Of a DNA stretch of 64,000 nucleotides, positions 39,612 through 49,915 are shown piece by piece; position 1 is the first letter of the stretch; the number at the start of each line of letters is the position of its first letter. Source of the stretch: Candidatus Poribacteria bacterium. Its GTDB lineage: Bacteria; Poribacteria; WGA-4E; PCPOR2b. The notes under the pieces are model-generated. The model did no database searches and had not been told where the DNA came from. It worked only from the letters and a program-made list of their open reading frames with translations. The DNA is taken from the NCBI GenBank assembly GCA_965215015.1, contig OZ244042.1, forward strand, positions 3,072,001 to 3,136,000, in the 5' to 3' direction. A program made the translations under genes and the position numbers.

Positions 39612-42600
39612 TTGACAATGTGTTTTCAACAATCTAGATGTTATAAGTACCTAACTAGAAGTTCTGGTGCATTGCGTAAGGTGGGCATTCAACTGAATCG
39701 GAGGCACCAAGACGCGGTGGACAGTAGCCATTCTACTGTCAAGGTACTTATCCTCCTCATACTATCAATATCCATTGGGTGCATTACTGGACCTTTTGCC
39801 ACATTAGTGTTGGCACAGGAAAATAATCAGAGAGGGATGGAAGTCGTGGAGCGTGACGAGGAGGGGAAAGCCATTCGATTTAACTTTGACTTCCCAAGCG
39901 GGAATCTGCAGAGCTTGATCAAGTTTATCAGTGCAGAGACAAATCTAACGATTATTGCCTCTGAAAACGACATTAAAGAGAAGAAGTTTGCACTGACCAA
40001 CCTCAAGAACGTAACAATTGACGAAACGCTGGAAGAGATTAAAACGGTTCTCGCTCAATATGACCTGACCATGATTCGGACAAATAATACTTTGCTGATT
40101 ACGACATTCGAGAAGGCTGTCAAAATGAAAGTGCCTGTGAAACGAATCGTGGCAGACCCAAATCTGATTGAACAAACCGACGAAATCCAGACATATATAA
40201 TTCAATTGAACAGTGCCGTTGCCTCAGAGCTGGTGAATAGCCTCAAGCCGCTGTTGAGCAAAGCAGCGAATATTTTCGCGGATGGTAACAGCAACTCCTT
40301 AATCATTACCGACGTCGCCTCCAATATCCATCGCATTGCAACCATTTTACAGGCAGCCGATGAAGCCCCGGAAACCCCGCTCAAAGTGGAAATCATTCCG
40401 CTGCATAATGCCACGGCGGCATCGCTCGCCCGGACCTTGAATGATGTTTTCCAGCAGGAAGGTGAAGTTGCGAACCTCCTGCGGAAGATGAGTTCAACGA
40501 GTAAGCCTGAAGAAATGCAGGAGATGATAGAGCGTGCTAGAGAGCAAGGAGGTAGCATCGATATGATTCGTGGGCGCATTCAGATTTCCGCCGACGAAAG
40601 TTCAAACTCCTTGATTGTCAAAGCCTCCGAAGCTAACCTCGTTGTGTTGAAAAACCTGATCCAACAACTTGACACAGCACCGAGCGTTCAAACGGAAATT
40701 AAGATTTTTCGGCTAAACTTCGCAATTGCCCAAGATGTTGCCCAGACGCTTGAAGAATTAATAACAGGCGTGAGCGCGGGCAGGCGCCCCGGGAGAAACG
40801 CAGAATGGTGGGAGCGGCGTGAATGGGAACGAACTCGTCGAAATATGATGCAGAGACGGGCTGAAGGCGAACAGGATTACCAGAGTATCGTCGGGACCGT
40901 AAATATCTCATCAAGTGATCGCTTGAATGCTGTGCTTATTTCCTCCGATCCGCGAAACTTCCCCATTATTGAGAAAATCATCGCACAACTGGACCAAGCC
41001 GATCCGCAAGAGGAAATCCGAATCTATTTCTTGAAATTCGCCGAAGCGCAAAGCCTATCTGATAGCCTGCGAGATCTCTTCGAAGGCGGCGATTCCGGCC
41101 GGAATGAAGACCTGCCGTGGTGGTGGCGTCGGGACGAAGAAAGGAGAGGAAGTGAGGGTGGGTTTGGCGTCCAAGGGGACGTTCACCTCGTGCCAGATAC
41201 CCGCTTGAACGCCCTTTTGGTCTCGACCGCTTCCCAAAACTTTGAAACAATTGACGGCTTGATCAAGCGTCTTGATGTCAACATGCCGGATCAGGAGTGG
41301 GGTACACACATCTATAAACTAGAACATGCGGACGCGGAAAATGTCGCTAATATTATCAACAATGTCTATCAAGGTACGAACAATAGAAGCGGCGGCTTCT
41401 TCTTTTTTGTCCCCGGACGGGCACGGAATCAGAACCAGGGCGCCCTCGCCGGAAATGTGACCGCGGAGGCTTATCCGACGCTCAACGCTGTGATTATCTC
41501 CACCGCGACGCAACGGAATTTCGCACTCATTACGCAGTTCGTTGAAGAACTTGATACGCCGACGCCTGAAGGACAGCGTGAGGTTACCAAACTGATTCGC
41601 CTTGAATATGCAAATGCTGAAGAGGTCGAAGATTTGCTCGAAGATGTGTGGGGCGAAGACTCAGAAGACGATGGCGGTAGGTTCAACTTTGGACGCTTCC
41701 TCGCACGGGGAGGGACCCTTGAGCAGAATGACATCAATTCGCTGCGCGGTCAGGTCCAAGTAGAAGCGGATAACCAGACCAATTCGGTGCTCGTAACGAC
41801 CGCACAACGATACATGACAGAGGTAGAAGCCATGATCCGTGAACTCGACTTTGTGCGGGGACAGGTTTGGATCGATATACAAATCCTTGAAGTGACCCTT
41901 GATGAAAGCACGAAACTCGGCGTAGAGTTGACAGCACGAGAACGCGGCTTGTTTGGCGCAGAGGTTCGAGGGGGCAACCCGCTCGTCGGAGAATTTGGAG
42001 CGGAACTGGGATTGAATCAGGAAATCAGTGGCTTCAACATCAGCTTGGCGACAAAGGAATACATGGCATTGCTGCACACACTGATGCGCGAGAACAAGGT
42101 ACAAACCATATCGACACCAGCACTGCTCACACGCGATAACCGTGAAGCCACATGGAATTCCGGCAGACGCGTCCCGTACCTGCAAAGTGCCGATGTTACA
42201 AGTCTTGCTGATAATCTGACACAGCCGCTCTTCAACTACGACTTCATTGACCCGCCGGTTGGCGTCACCATCACAATTACACCCCATATTGCGAAATCAC
42301 AAACGAAGGATAGCAAAAAGCGCACTATCGGCCTCGACATCTCTCAGATTACCTTGAGTAATTTTGTCGAGTTCACCGATTTTAACGCACCTATCACGGA
42401 GGACAGTTCAATTAGTGCCTTCATCGATGTAGAAGACGGACAACAGATTGTGGTGGGCGGCATGATTAAGGAAAAACGCCAGCAAATCGAGAGTAAGGTG
42501 CCGATTCTTGGAGATATCCCCTTTATCGGTGGCCTCTTCAAAAAGACGGAGACCGTCACGGAAAACTCTGAGGTTGTCATCATTATCACGCCACATATCA

Positions 42601-42698
42601 TCGATATTCAGAATCCAGAAGATTACGGCAGACTAGAGCAGCGATCTGAGGAATGGCGTTCAAATGGCCAGAACCGTGATCAGGATTCGCCGGATTAA
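39612..42698 (+). CDS. gspD: Secretin GspD with N0 plus six N-domain repeats (start uncertain; GTG 39717 possible)
   Basis: QVWIDIQILEV, P.LLT.DN.EA, DGQQIVVGG, KVPILGDIPFIGGLFK, IIITPHII. Confidence 0.9.
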   Translation: MTMCFQQSRCYKYLTRSSGALRKVGIQLNRRHQDAVDSSHSTVKVLILLILSISIGCITGPFATLVLAQENNQRGMEVVERDEEGKAIRFNFDFPSGNLQSLIKFISAETNLTIIASENDIKEKKFALTNLKNVTIDETLEEIKTVLAQYDLTMIRTNNTLLITTFEKAVKMKVPVKRIVADPNLIEQTDEIQTYIIQLNSAVASELVNSLKPLLSKAANIFADGNSNSLIITDVASNIHRIATILQAADEAPETPLKVEIIPLHNATAASLARTLNDVFQQEGEVANLLRKMSSTSKPEEMQEMIERAREQGGSIDMIRGRIQISADESSNSLIVKASEANLVVLKNLIQQLDTAPSVQTEIKIFRLNFAIAQDVAQTLEELITGVSAGRRPGRNAEWWERREWERTRRNMMQRRAEGEQDYQSIVGTVNISSSDRLNAVLISSDPRNFPIIEKIIAQLDQADPQEEIRIYFLKFAEAQSLSDSLRDLFEGGDSGRNEDLPWWWRRDEERRGSEGGFGVQGDVHLVPDTRLNALLVSTASQNFETIDGLIKRLDVNMPDQEWGTHIYKLEHADAENVANIINNVYQGTNNRSGGFFFFVPGRARNQNQGALAGNVTAEAYPTLNAVIISTATQRNFALITQFVEELDTPTPEGQREVTKLIRLEYANAEEVEDLLEDVWGEDSEDDGGRFNFGRFLARGGTLEQNDINSLRGQVQVEADNQTNSVLVTTAQRYMTEVEAMIRELDFVRGQVWIDIQILEVTLDESTKLGVELTARERGLFGAEVRGGNPLVGEFGAELGLNQEISGFNISLATKEYMALLHTLMRENKVQTISTPALLTRDNREATWNSGRRVPYLQSADVTSLADNLTQPLFNYDFIDPPVGVTITITPHIAKSQTKDSKKRTIGLDISQITLSNFVEFTDFNAPITEDSSISAFIDVEDGQQIVVGGMIKEKRQQIESKVPILGDIPFIGGLFKKTETVTENSEVVIIITPHIIDIQNPEDYGRLEQRSEEWRSNGQNRDQDSPD

Positions 42699-43133
42699 TA
42701 AGTCGTAGAATCTCGGCCTGTGATCAGAAATAAAAAAAAAGACAAAGGTGATTATTTGTTTTCTCTTATGAATTCTTTAACCTCAAAGAGCCCATTTAAA
42801 AATCTATTTATTTGAGTTCAGTTGGATTAAAACGGTAGACTGTAGACATAAAAGTATCAGACCTAGGAAATCAAATCTGGTGTCAGCGATATCAACTCGT
42901 TTCCACGGGGATGATACCGCTTTTTTGTGTATATGATACGATACTGCTCCTTCTTATTCAAAACGGCTCAGGTTCCTTGTTTCATAGGCGCAAAATCAGC
43001 GAAGTTAAAAATATCGTACCGTAATCATTCACTTAAAAAAGAGCGTAAATCGTGAACTTCTTACCTTTTCTCAAGCTGGATGAAGAGAATTATTCACGTT
43101 TCAAAATTATCAAATACAACAACTATTGAAGCT

Positions 43134-44408
43134 ATGAAAAAAACAGATGCAACTCAGAGTCGAAATTATGATGTAATCGTTATCGGCGGTGGCCCCGGCG
43201 GCTGTGCCACGGCAACGTTGGTGGCAGAAAAAGGACACCGAGTGCTGCTTTTGGAACGGGATCAATCCTCCCAATTCAAAATAGGCGAATCGCTGATGCC
43301 AGCGACCTACTGGACATTTAAGCGATTGGGTGTCCTAGGAAAGCTGCAAGGTAGTCACTTTCCCAAAAAGCATAGTGTCCAATTTTATTCCAGTTCTGGT
43401 AAAGCATCTGCGCCCTTCTACTTTTACCGAAACGATCCTCACGAGTCTTCCGTGACGTGGCAAGTGTTACGCAGCGAGTTTGACCAGATGCTGCTCGAAA
43501 ACGTACAGGAAAAAGGGGCCGAAGTCCAACGCGGCGTCAGTGTCCACGAGGTGTTATTTGACGGAGACAGGGCTGTCGGTGTCCGAGCAAAACGTGCGGA
43601 TGGAAGGATAGAAGAATATTCAGCAAAAGTAGTTGTGGATTCGACAGGTCAAAGTGCCTTGATTTCGAGGAAGTTAAAGATAAATACCATAGAACCAAAA
43701 CTGAAAAAAGCGTCAATCTTTACCCACTTTGAGGGAGGGATTCGGGACCAAGGAATTGATGAAGGCGCGACGTTAATTCTCCACACGGAGAACAAGGATT
43801 CGTGGTTCTGGTATATTCCGCTCCCCTATGATCATGTGAGTGTTGGTGTCGTGGGCGATCTGGGATATCTCCTGCAAGACCGAAGGGGGGCTGATGGCAC
43901 CCTCTCCCATCAAGCGATTTTTGATGAAGAACTCGCGAAGTGCCCTGCCTTGCAGCCACGGATCGCTGGTGCTAAACAACTGTTTCCGGTCAAGGTTACA
44001 AAGGACTTCTCGTATCGCGCCAACCGTATTGCGGGAAACGGTTGGGTACTGGTAGGGGATGCATTCGGTTTTCTCGATCCTGTCTACTCCTCTGGGTTAT
44101 TTCTCGCACTCAAATCCGGCGAGATGGCAGCGGACACCATCAATGAAGCGTTTGAAAAAGAGGATTTTTCGGCAGAGCAGTTGGGAGGTTTTGGTGCCGA
44201 CTTTGTGGCGGGAATGGAAGCGATTCGTAAACTGGTATACGCCTTCTATACAAAAGACTTCAGTTTCGCAAGGTTCTTGAAACGGTTTCCAGAATGCCAG
44301 CAGGGCATCGTTGACATCCTCAGCGGCAATGTATATAAAAAAAATGTCACCGGCATTTTCGGTCCGATGGCGAAGATGTGTCCCCTGCCGGAGGATAGGC
44401 ATTTTTAA
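43134..44408 (+). CDS. FAD-dependent halogenase-family oxidoreductase
   Basis: GGGPGG, IGESL.P, FPKK, V.RSEFD, WFWYIP (WxWxIP), GDAFGFLDPVYSSG. Confidence 0.8.
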   Translation: MKKTDATQSRNYDVIVIGGGPGGCATATLVAEKGHRVLLLERDQSSQFKIGESLMPATYWTFKRLGVLGKLQGSHFPKKHSVQFYSSSGKASAPFYFYRNDPHESSVTWQVLRSEFDQMLLENVQEKGAEVQRGVSVHEVLFDGDRAVGVRAKRADGRIEEYSAKVVVDSTGQSALISRKLKINTIEPKLKKASIFTHFEGGIRDQGIDEGATLILHTENKDSWFWYIPLPYDHVSVGVVGDLGYLLQDRRGADGTLSHQAIFDEELAKCPALQPRIAGAKQLFPVKVTKDFSYRANRIAGNGWVLVGDAFGFLDPVYSSGLFLALKSGEMAADTINEAFEKEDFSAEQLGGFGADFVAGMEAIRKLVYAFYTKDFSFARFLKRFPECQQGIVDILSGNVYKKNVTGIFGPMAKMCPLPEDRHF

Positions 44409-44468
44409 TGTGTAAAGACAAGATCTTATGTATTACAAATTATTCTTTAAGGAATAGACCTGAGTGAG

Positions 44469-46499
44469 TCAACGTGCTATCCGAGCCCTGACCACATTGA
44501 GACGACGCTGCACAGAATGGTGTTGATTTGGATTTGGATTGATTTTGATGAATTTTTCCCATAATGCCACCGCCTCAGCCGCAAATCCTTGTGATAGATA
44601 GTATTCACCGAGCGCGAGAGACACAGTATCCGAATAGGGGTCTTTTTCCATAGACGCTTCAAAGGCAGCACGCGCGGTATCCATCTCTCCTTTGAGCGTA
44701 GCAAGCTGTCCCTGCCCGTATAGTGTCAGCGAGTGATCGGAATATTCGGCGGCAAGCGTATCTATAATCGTTTGTGCTTCACCTTCCATTCCACTTTTGT
44801 AGGCAGCCATTGCTGCATGAATCGTCGCGTAAATGCTCTGGTTATTGAACATTTGCTCCTTGAATCGGCTCGTGGTTGCTCTTTTTTTGCGTTGAGCGAT
44901 ACGTGCGGCAGCTTCGTATTTCGATTTTGCCCGGTGGAAGTTGCCATACTTGTAACAAATATCGCCCAGTGCCTTTTCCGCGGCGTAAGTGGTTTCAACG
45001 GAAAAGGTATTATTGTTTTGCGTGTCAACAAGCCTTTGGAAGATTTCGGCACTCGCTGTATCGTTCAATCGATAGTGAAGCACTTCAGCAAGGCTTTGAA
45101 GCGCATCGGTGTAGTTCGTGTCAGCGGCAATAGCGCGTTCAAAGTACTCCCGCTCTTTTTTTACCTCCCCCATCCTCTTGTAAACCAACCCAAGCCTCCA
45201 GTAAAGCACCGGCGTTTTGGTAGAGCTCAATCCTAAAACAGAGTTATAGGTTTCAATGGCTTTTTTATACTCTCCATTGACGTATTGGCTGGCACCCGAT
45301 GTGATGATGGAATCAAGTATCTTTTTGTCTTTTTTTAATGCCTCTTTTAACACTTTACGTGCCCACTGATGCAGTCCTAGCTTGCGGTAGCAGATAGATA
45401 AGGATACATAGTGATACGGAGCCACTTTTGCTTCATATTGCTCTGCGAGCTTGATTCCTTTGTGGTACAGTGCTCCAGCGTCGCGATAATTTTCGCCTTG
45501 GAACATCGCATTGGCAATCATCAACATAGCATCGAAATAAGTGCCCTGCCCATCCATCTCGACCGGTCCAAAGGCTTTCATGGCTTCTTGAGGACTCACG
45601 TCGAAACCGGAATCTGCAACTAAGTCTGAATCATCCATTACAGGACTAAATCTAATCCTATGTTTCAAACGGTCTCGTTCACGGCGTTCTTTTTGCCGCT
45701 CCAACATCCGATCTCGTTGTGATGCGAACGGCGGATCCGGTTCAGGGATACTTGCCCCCATTAATCGGAGTTCCTGTTTTGCTGCTTCAATAGTTTCTTC
45801 AGTTCCCTCGATTCTACCGTAACGTTTGACAAGGAGCTGATAGGTTTGCTTTGCTTTTTTGCTATCTTTTAGAAACTCTTTTTGAATTCGGGCTTTATTG
45901 ATGAGTGCCTGTCCCGCACGTTTTCCATCTGGATGGCGGTTTGCAACATTGTCGTAAATTTCCGTCGCTTTCTCAAAGTTTCCAGAATTCTCGTGGCTCT
46001 TTGCAAGCATTAGTTGGGCGTTATGGCTGCGCTCAAGGTGCGGAAATTGGTTGACAATCGTGTCAAAGGATTTCTGTGCCGATTCATAATCCGCCACTTT
46101 GAAATAGTAAACTCCCAAGCGATAGTGCGCCTCTGCTGTTTGCTCGCTGGCAGGTGCAGCGGCAATCAGGTTTTGGTAGATCTTCACACCCACTGCCGGT
46201 CGATTCATTTTATTAATATATAACTCACCGATGGCTAATTCTACCCTGAGAGTCTCTGGCACTCCCGGTTTTGCATCAATTGCCGCTTGGTAAATATCAA
46301 CCGCACCTTGATAGTCCCCCTCTTGGATGCGCTGTTCCACCAGTTCGTGGGTACTTGTTGAAAGACAGGCATACTGCATAGTCCCTATCATGACAACTAA
46401 AACCAATATTTTAAGTCTCTGCCACAATATAGGTTGAGTTGGGTGAATAGCGTTACCCACCCAACTCACATTCAGCTGCTTAAACCGAATGGGTTTCAT
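44469..46499 (-). CDS. Tetratricopeptide repeat protein, probably exported or a lipoprotein
   Basis: Many TPR-like helical repeats (A.Y.LG..Y...A); hydrophobic segment ending YAC near the N-terminus. Confidence 0.8.
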   Translation of the reverse strand: MKPIRFKQLNVSWVGNAIHPTQPILWQRLKILVLVVMIGTMQYACLSTSTHELVEQRIQEGDYQGAVDIYQAAIDAKPGVPETLRVELAIGELYINKMNRPAVGVKIYQNLIAAAPASEQTAEAHYRLGVYYFKVADYESAQKSFDTIVNQFPHLERSHNAQLMLAKSHENSGNFEKATEIYDNVANRHPDGKRAGQALINKARIQKEFLKDSKKAKQTYQLLVKRYGRIEGTEETIEAAKQELRLMGASIPEPDPPFASQRDRMLERQKERRERDRLKHRIRFSPVMDDSDLVADSGFDVSPQEAMKAFGPVEMDGQGTYFDAMLMIANAMFQGENYRDAGALYHKGIKLAEQYEAKVAPYHYVSLSICYRKLGLHQWARKVLKEALKKDKKILDSIITSGASQYVNGEYKKAIETYNSVLGLSSTKTPVLYWRLGLVYKRMGEVKKEREYFERAIAADTNYTDALQSLAEVLHYRLNDTASAEIFQRLVDTQNNNTFSVETTYAAEKALGDICYKYGNFHRAKSKYEAAARIAQRKKRATTSRFKEQMFNNQSIYATIHAAMAAYKSGMEGEAQTIIDTLAAEYSDHSLTLYGQGQLATLKGEMDTARAAFEASMEKDPYSDTVSLALGEYYLSQGFAAEAVALWEKFIKINPNPNQHHSVQRRLNVVRARIAR

Positions 46500-46548
46500 A
46501 CGCTACACCACCTCCTGTAGGGGATTTGGCACAATAACCCATTAGCAA

Positions 46549-47391
46549 TTAATCTACGTCACCCCAGCGGCTTGGATTCACACCGGCACCCTCTCGACTG
46601 AACATGTCCTCTGGACGATGATCAAGTTCCCAACTCCACCCTTTAGTGTTAAGTGGTTGAAGAAAAGGACGTGCGACTTCGGGTGCTTTCGCCAAATCCT
46701 CCGCATCCCATTCGTCCACCGGTTGAATAGGCGACGCCCATGCAGGTCGATAGCCGTAAAGCAATACCCGACGTATTCCGGTTGTCTCTTTGTACGGATG
46801 GGCACCGTGGAAGATACGGGGCCCAAAGAGCACCGCATCACCCGCCTTCGCCGGAAGCGCGACCTCCTCCGGATGTGTATCATATCGGATGTAAGGTTGT
46901 GCATCAGGGTGGAGACAGACGTGTGAGCGTGGGATGAGGCGGAAGGGACCGTTCTCCGGCGTGAGGTCGTCGAGATAGTACGAAGCCCGGACGATTACCG
47001 GGGCAGTCCAGAGATAACCACCGAGATTGGAACCGTAAGGATAGCCGTCGGTGTGCATAACGACGCCAATCGCGCCCGGCTCATAGTACCGGTAGCCCCC
47101 ACTGAAGAAGATGATGTCGGGCCCAATCACACGCTCCAGAAATTCAATAACCGGCGGATTGGCAATCAGTTCGCCCAAGGCATGTCCATGCCATTGAGGT
47201 TGACAAGTGGCGTTGCCCTGCCGGTCATGGTAGCTGCTGTGTTCCGTCGGGAGACGAGCAGTCTCCACTCGCAGTTGCTCAAGTTGTTCCGGCGTAAGCG
47301 CATCAGGGAGCACCACATACCCTTCGACTTCAAGATGACGAATCTGTTCAGACAGCGATAGTGCCCGCCAGTCGGTTGTAACGATATTCAT
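46549..47391 (-). CDS. Phytanoyl-CoA dioxygenase (PhyH) family Fe(II)/2OG enzyme with canonical HxD
   Basis: EGYVVL, MHTD, YLDD...NGP..IPRSH, AGDAVLF...FHG, RR. Confidence 0.9.
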   Translation of the reverse strand: MNIVTTDWRALSLSEQIRHLEVEGYVVLPDALTPEQLEQLRVETARLPTEHSSYHDRQGNATCQPQWHGHALGELIANPPVIEFLERVIGPDIIFFSGGYRYYEPGAIGVVMHTDGYPYGSNLGGYLWTAPVIVRASYYLDDLTPENGPFRLIPRSHVCLHPDAQPYIRYDTHPEEVALPAKAGDAVLFGPRIFHGAHPYKETTGIRRVLLYGYRPAWASPIQPVDEWDAEDLAKAPEVARPFLQPLNTKGWSWELDHRPEDMFSREGAGVNPSRWGDVD

Positions 47392-47481
47392 CGCTTCCCC
47401 CTTCCGCAGATTGTATTGCTTGATGCCTCACGGCAGAAATATACAAACGGATAGATCCAATCGCTTTTTCTCAACCTTGAA

Positions 47482-48513
47482 TCACAGGGGTAGCGAAATC
47501 GCTCTGCCGGTTGTCATACTGCGCGTGACGGCTTCGGTAAATTCCATATACTTCACACCATCTTCAAAGTTAGTATGGGTGATGACTTCATGTCCATGAA
47601 TCGCACTGACGAATTCCTCCTCCACTCGCCAACCCCCTTCCTCTTCAGCGGGAATGAGAATTTCAGTAAGCGTGTCGTCATCCTTCTGTCCACCGTAGAG
47701 ATTGTTATTGGCAAACTGCAAGGTGCCTGTGCTGCCGAAGATGAACGCTTCGGGTCCGTCAACCAAACCGGCGACATTGGAAATCTGTACGTGCATTTGT
47801 GCGCCACACGCTAGGTCCGCCACGATGTCAATATGCTGTGGAATCCGAGTAGGGCGCATAACACCATCGGCATCCTTGCGCATTCTGACATAGGTTTTTC
47901 CCATTGCCATAACCGATGTTGCCTCACCGACCCAACGCAACAACGCCTCGTACCAGATTCCCATAGTCATGATATTGAAACCGCTCAAGTTGAAGTCGTC
48001 GCGCCAATGCAGAGGCGCATCAGGGTCAAGGAATGTACCACCGGCACGGACTTCAACCGCCAAAACATCACCGATATAACCGTCAGCGATGAGGCGTTTG
48101 ATAGTGTTATCCACACGCAGGGAGAACGGTGAAGGAACAATCTGCGTGACCAAATGGGTATTTTCGCGGGAGGCGTTACGCATCGCATGTGCCTCCTGTG
48201 CGTTCATCGCCATTCGCGCCTCACACATCACATGCTTGCCCGCCGCTAACCCTGCCAATGTAACGCGGCAGTGCATATAGGGCCAGGTACCGATAACGAT
48301 TGCATTGGTATCCGAGGCAGCAACCAACTCCTGCCAGTTTTCGTAGATTGTCGGGATACCGAATTGCTGTGCAACCCGCTCAGAAGATTCACGGCTGCGG
48401 TTACAGACACTGATCACTTCGACGCCATCAATTGCTTGGAGTTTTGGAATATGGTGTGTTGTGGTATTTGCGCCAGCACCGACGACACCCACACGAATTG
48501 TATCATTGCTCAT
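47482..48513 (-). CDS. Gfo/Idh/MocA family oxidoreductase
   Basis: GVVGAGAN, GKHVMCEARMA. Confidence 0.9.
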   Translation of the reverse strand: MSNDTIRVGVVGAGANTTTHHIPKLQAIDGVEVISVCNRSRESSERVAQQFGIPTIYENWQELVAASDTNAIVIGTWPYMHCRVTLAGLAAGKHVMCEARMAMNAQEAHAMRNASRENTHLVTQIVPSPFSLRVDNTIKRLIADGYIGDVLAVEVRAGGTFLDPDAPLHWRDDFNLSGFNIMTMGIWYEALLRWVGEATSVMAMGKTYVRMRKDADGVMRPTRIPQHIDIVADLACGAQMHVQISNVAGLVDGPEAFIFGSTGTLQFANNNLYGGQKDDDTLTEILIPAEEEGGWRVEEEFVSAIHGHEVITHTNFEDGVKYMEFTEAVTRSMTTGRAISLPL

Positions 48514-48657
48514 CTTTATGCTCCTTTATCGCGGAACGGGAGACCCCCGCCTTTTCAAAATAAATAAACCGAAGTTAATGGATAATCCATCGGCTCATTC
48601 TACATCCGATTGGCAAGAGAGTCAACGCCTTTTTTCCAACACTTGCCCAAAAAGGAT

Positions 48658-48686
48658 TTGACTGACGCAGTGCTCTTTAGTATGAT
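48658..48686 (+). promoter_or_regulatory. Sigma70-type promoter upstream of the PhyH gene at 49009
   Basis: TTGACT-17 bp-TATGAT. Confidence 0.6.
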
Positions 48687-49008
48687 AACAACAAGGGAAA
48701 AATGCCCACCATTATTCTTCAACTGAGGGGTGTTCATAATAATTGTCTGAATCGCGGATTTAGCAGATGCAGCAGATTGTACGGATACAGATAGGGGGTT
48801 CAGGCACTAGATGGGACAAGATGCCCCACCGACGGGGTTGGGGATATTTTGTTTTTCCCAATTATGGTTGAGAGTTTAATGGAAGTTGCGTGTTAGCCAA
48901 GCCATATACGGTTGTGGGGTTTACAGCACGCGGATCGTGCCTACTACTCTATGAGCACAACTCATTTAACCCAAGTTTCGACTACGTTTATTATTGAAAG
49001 GAAAGTAG

Positions 49009-49854
49009 ATGAACGAACGCGAAAAATTTTTATTTGACCTACAAGGTTTTCTTGTTGTAAAAAATGTCCTGACACCAGAGGAAGTTGAGGACCTCAATGC
49101 CGCTGTTGACGCAAATCTCGATAAACAGGTCGATGACGATAACTCAGCTGTCGGTGATTCTAAAACACTCGCTGGAACACACAAACGCGGTATGTTTACT
49201 GGCATGCTGTCTTGGCCCAAGCCGTGGTGCCAACCATTTCGAGATATCATCGTCCACAAGAAGGTAATTCCCTATCTAGACGCTATTCACGGCAGAGGCT
49301 GGCGGTTAGACCATTCCCCCTTTATCCTAACCTCTGACCTCGGCACCGAGGGTTTGGTTCTCCACGGTGCGACCAGCCATCACTTTTTTGGTGCGGCATA
49401 CTACATCTACACCAACGGACAGATGCGCTGTGGAATGGTGGTCCTTCAGTATCAACTTGCGAACGTTGAGGAGGGAGACGGAGGGCTCTGCGTTGTTCCG
49501 GGGAGCCACAAGGCAAACTTTCCCTGTCCACAAGAAATTAGGGAGTGGGAAGCCAATCAGGAGATTGTTTATAACGTCCCCGCCAAAGCAGGCGATATGA
49601 TCATCTTCAACGAGGCAACGATCCACGGGACACTCCCTTGGAAGAACCATGAGCACGAACGTCGTTCGTTGCTTGTCCGTTATTCGCCGAAGTATCTACA
49701 CTATGCCGGCGGCTACTATGATGTAACGTTCCCCGAATGGGCTGATGAGCTGACCGAAGCACAGCGCGCACTCTTAGAACCGCCCTACATCTACAATCGC
49801 CCGTTGCTTGAAGAAGACGGAGAAACGGTCGTCCGCCCGCGTGTTGAGTATTGA
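49009..49854 (+). CDS. PhyH family Fe(II)/2OG enzyme with non-canonical HxA motif
   Basis: FDLQGFLVV, LHGA, GGLCVVPGSHK, AGDMIIFNEATIHG, RRS. Confidence 0.88.
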   Translation: MNEREKFLFDLQGFLVVKNVLTPEEVEDLNAAVDANLDKQVDDDNSAVGDSKTLAGTHKRGMFTGMLSWPKPWCQPFRDIIVHKKVIPYLDAIHGRGWRLDHSPFILTSDLGTEGLVLHGATSHHFFGAAYYIYTNGQMRCGMVVLQYQLANVEEGDGGLCVVPGSHKANFPCPQEIREWEANQEIVYNVPAKAGDMIIFNEATIHGTLPWKNHEHERRSLLVRYSPKYLHYAGGYYDVTFPEWADELTEAQRALLEPPYIYNRPLLEEDGETVVRPRVEY

Positions 49855-49915
49855 TTCAATTGTGAGTGTCCAGGGGTAGATCAGAAACGGTCCTACCGAA
49901 ACGTACAATAACGCT

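Noticed and set aside
253-48980. Third repeat end GCAACTTGGGTTA (255-267, 30106-30118, inverted near 48966-48978)
   Set aside because: The short match is real, but paired termini could not be defined confidently, so it is not annotated as an element.
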